A stretch of 64,000 nt of DNA, taken from assembly GCA_973895155.1 (NCBI GenBank), contig OZ316896.1:19828754-19892753 (forward strand), given 5' to 3'. Shown here in pieces: positions 61,872-64,000 of the stretch. The notes below the pieces were generated by a model that saw nothing but the letters and a program-made list of their open reading frames with translations, did not search any database and had not been told where the DNA came from. Origin of the DNA: Marsupella aquatica (taxonomy: Eukaryota > Plantae > Marchantiophyta). Position 1 is the stretch's first letter. The number at the start of each line of letters is the position of its first letter. The translations under genes and the position numbers were made by a program.

Positions 61872-63945
61872 TCAAAAGGGTGGGTTCTTCCATCCAAATG
61901 GATACTCCGTCCTCTCGCCATAGAATTTGCCAACTTTGTCGGCGAGCTCTTTCTCGGGAAGCAGAGCCAGCCACACCCCGGTGTCAGCTCCCTCCTCTGG
62001 AGTCTTCGATTTGAAATCTGGAGGAGCTTCAAATCCCCCGTCTACCTTCGAGCGACGGAACATCTCGGTTTGGGTCGTGCCGGGACACATGGAAGTAACG
62101 AAAATTTTATGATCTTCGGGTTGCGACTTCAGAAGAGATTTCCCTAGCGCTATAGAGTACACGTTCAGGAACAGCTTGGATTGGCTGTATAGGGGCATTT
62201 TTCCAGGCCCTTCAGGTATCCATCCTTCGTCAACGAATGTTCCCGCTTTCACGTCCTGGACGTATTTTTCTGCAAGCGAATCGGCAAGCTCCTCAGAGTA
62301 ACTGTCTTCGTCCCTGAACTTCTCCAACAGTGTCCCCTTCAGTCGCTGAGTACACAGGCAGAATCAATTTACGTGCGACGTGTTAAACCAGCCTCAGGAA
62401 ATCACATATACAAAAATCGTTAGATGGTCAATGTTCACCTTCAAACCACAAATGAAATTCCAGCTGCTTCACCCTCAACCCTGCAAAAGCTGAGGGTTTA
62501 AGCTGAATTCATCCCAACGAATCACATGTTCAATTGGCAGCATCTGTAGGATCTCCCGTCTAAGATAATTTGAAATTGCCGCAAGCCAGCCATCATCCTC
62601 CAAGCCCATGCGTTCTCATTGGATAAGCATGCATCCGAATTTACAGTTCTAGGTGCTGAGCATTTCATCATGAATCACCTACCTCGTATAACGCCGCTCG
62701 AGTAGAGAAATTCACGATACGAGCTCCAGCAGGGGACGCTCGCAGCACTGGCAGTAAACCTTTCGTCACATTCTTCACACCAAAGTAGTTGGTGTCTACC
62801 ACCACCTTAGCGTTTTCGTAGGTCACCTTCAAGCCATCTACGCCTTCGGCCGGTCCAGAGACAACTCCAGCGTTGTTTACCTGCCCAGCATTACCAGTAG
62901 CGTATGGGCACACTGTCAGCACTATTAATCGTTTTGTTGCCCAGATCCCTAAAGAAGTTACACAAACCCCCAATCGACTCGATCAGCTTGCACTATTTTT
63001 AAGTGGTGTATTTACACTAGAGTCACTACTCCACGACCAGTGAATGGCACGAATCAGTAAGTGACTACTTGATTGAATGAATGAATTTTGATTTAGGGGA
63101 CCCCAAATAGGGTAGAAGGATCGGAGAGAACGCACATGCAGCAATTCTCACAAAGTGGGGAAAACAGGTACTGTACATAACAATCAAGCATATGTCAAAT
63201 GACAATATGGACCTTTTCTTCTGTACATGCTGCGTAACAATTGTGCATCTCGGCGAAACACAGATGCCATCGAGCAATTGACAATCCACGGGAACACCTT
63301 AGAATGTACCCAGACATGTTACAGCATCTATTCGAGCCGATTTGTTACGGAGTTGTATGTGACGAATGGTACCTAATAACTTTCAACTATTCTGACGGAC
63401 GACGAACCATCGAATTGATCACGAATTCCAGTGTCAAAGATACCAAGTCAGCCACACTCACCAGGATGTCAAGCCCACCGAACTGTTGTTTCAACCATGT
63501 TGCCAACGTCTTCACCGTTCTGGGCTACCGGTCTCCAACTTATGGAAATATATATTTTTCAGCCCAGTTGCTTTCAGCTCATCGACGGCAGCTTGGCCCT
63601 TGACTGGGTCCCGTGCTGTCAACACAACGGTTAAGCCCTTGGTTGCAAAGATACGAACGAGCTCGTACCCTATCCCCCTATTGGCCCCAGTCACCAGCGC
63701 GACTGTGTCCTTCGACCACCATCTGAACAGAGGAACACCAGATGCACAATTAAAAACTATCAAATTACAAACTGAGCTCTTACTAATGAAGAGTTCCACT
63801 TCGGTGTTTTAGTCAATATTCGCTATCTTCCAATGCGTGCTCCAAACGAAAAACGAAATCGAAGACCATAGAAAACCTTTGATCCCGTCCTGTGCATTCC
63901 AAAAGAAACATTGTAAGTCAATACGTACTTTGTACTGTCCGTCAT
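61872..63945 (-). pseudogene. SDR copy 4 with a 1-bp deletion in exon 2 (pseudogene or sequence error)
   Basis: Exons 63945-63929, 63722-63462 (261 nt versus 262 in the paralogs), 62880-62683 and 62345-61872. It reads cttcaccg-ttctggg against cttcaccgattctggg, giving GSPER*. Confidence 0.8.
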
Positions 63946-64000
63946 TGCAGTTTGAGGAGCTGAATGACTACAATTTCGTCGTCCCTCTGTAGACTGTTTT

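Overview
This is eukaryotic, intron-containing DNA that looks like a land plant; a bryophyte such as a liverwort is my inference. Host genes are a mitochondrial ribosomal protein mL53, a lipid phosphate phosphatase (PAP2/LPP), and four paralogous 4-exon carbonyl-reductase-type SDR genes, the fourth with a 1-bp frameshift. Two large mobile elements with chromatin-related cargo dominate the window. (1) A decayed Gypsy-type retroelement (~16.4-27.4 kb) has the polyprotein gag-protease-DNMT3-like C5 cytosine methyltransferase-RT-RNaseH-integrase-PHD finger. It is split by a 3.8-kb TG...CA insert with a CACAA target duplication. (2) An apparently intact 13.05-kb Sola-like (DUF7869-type) DNA transposon (45265-58319) has 26-bp TIRs and a TTAG target duplication. 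It carries a transposase, a ~1394-aa protein with a ParB-like domain fused to an N6A/N4C-methyltransferase fold, and an FCP1/NIF HAD phosphatase, and its introns are filled with a palindromic 27-bp repeat. MITEs, a small Helitron-like element and tandem repeats are also present. All domain calls come from reading motifs by eye; no searches were run.
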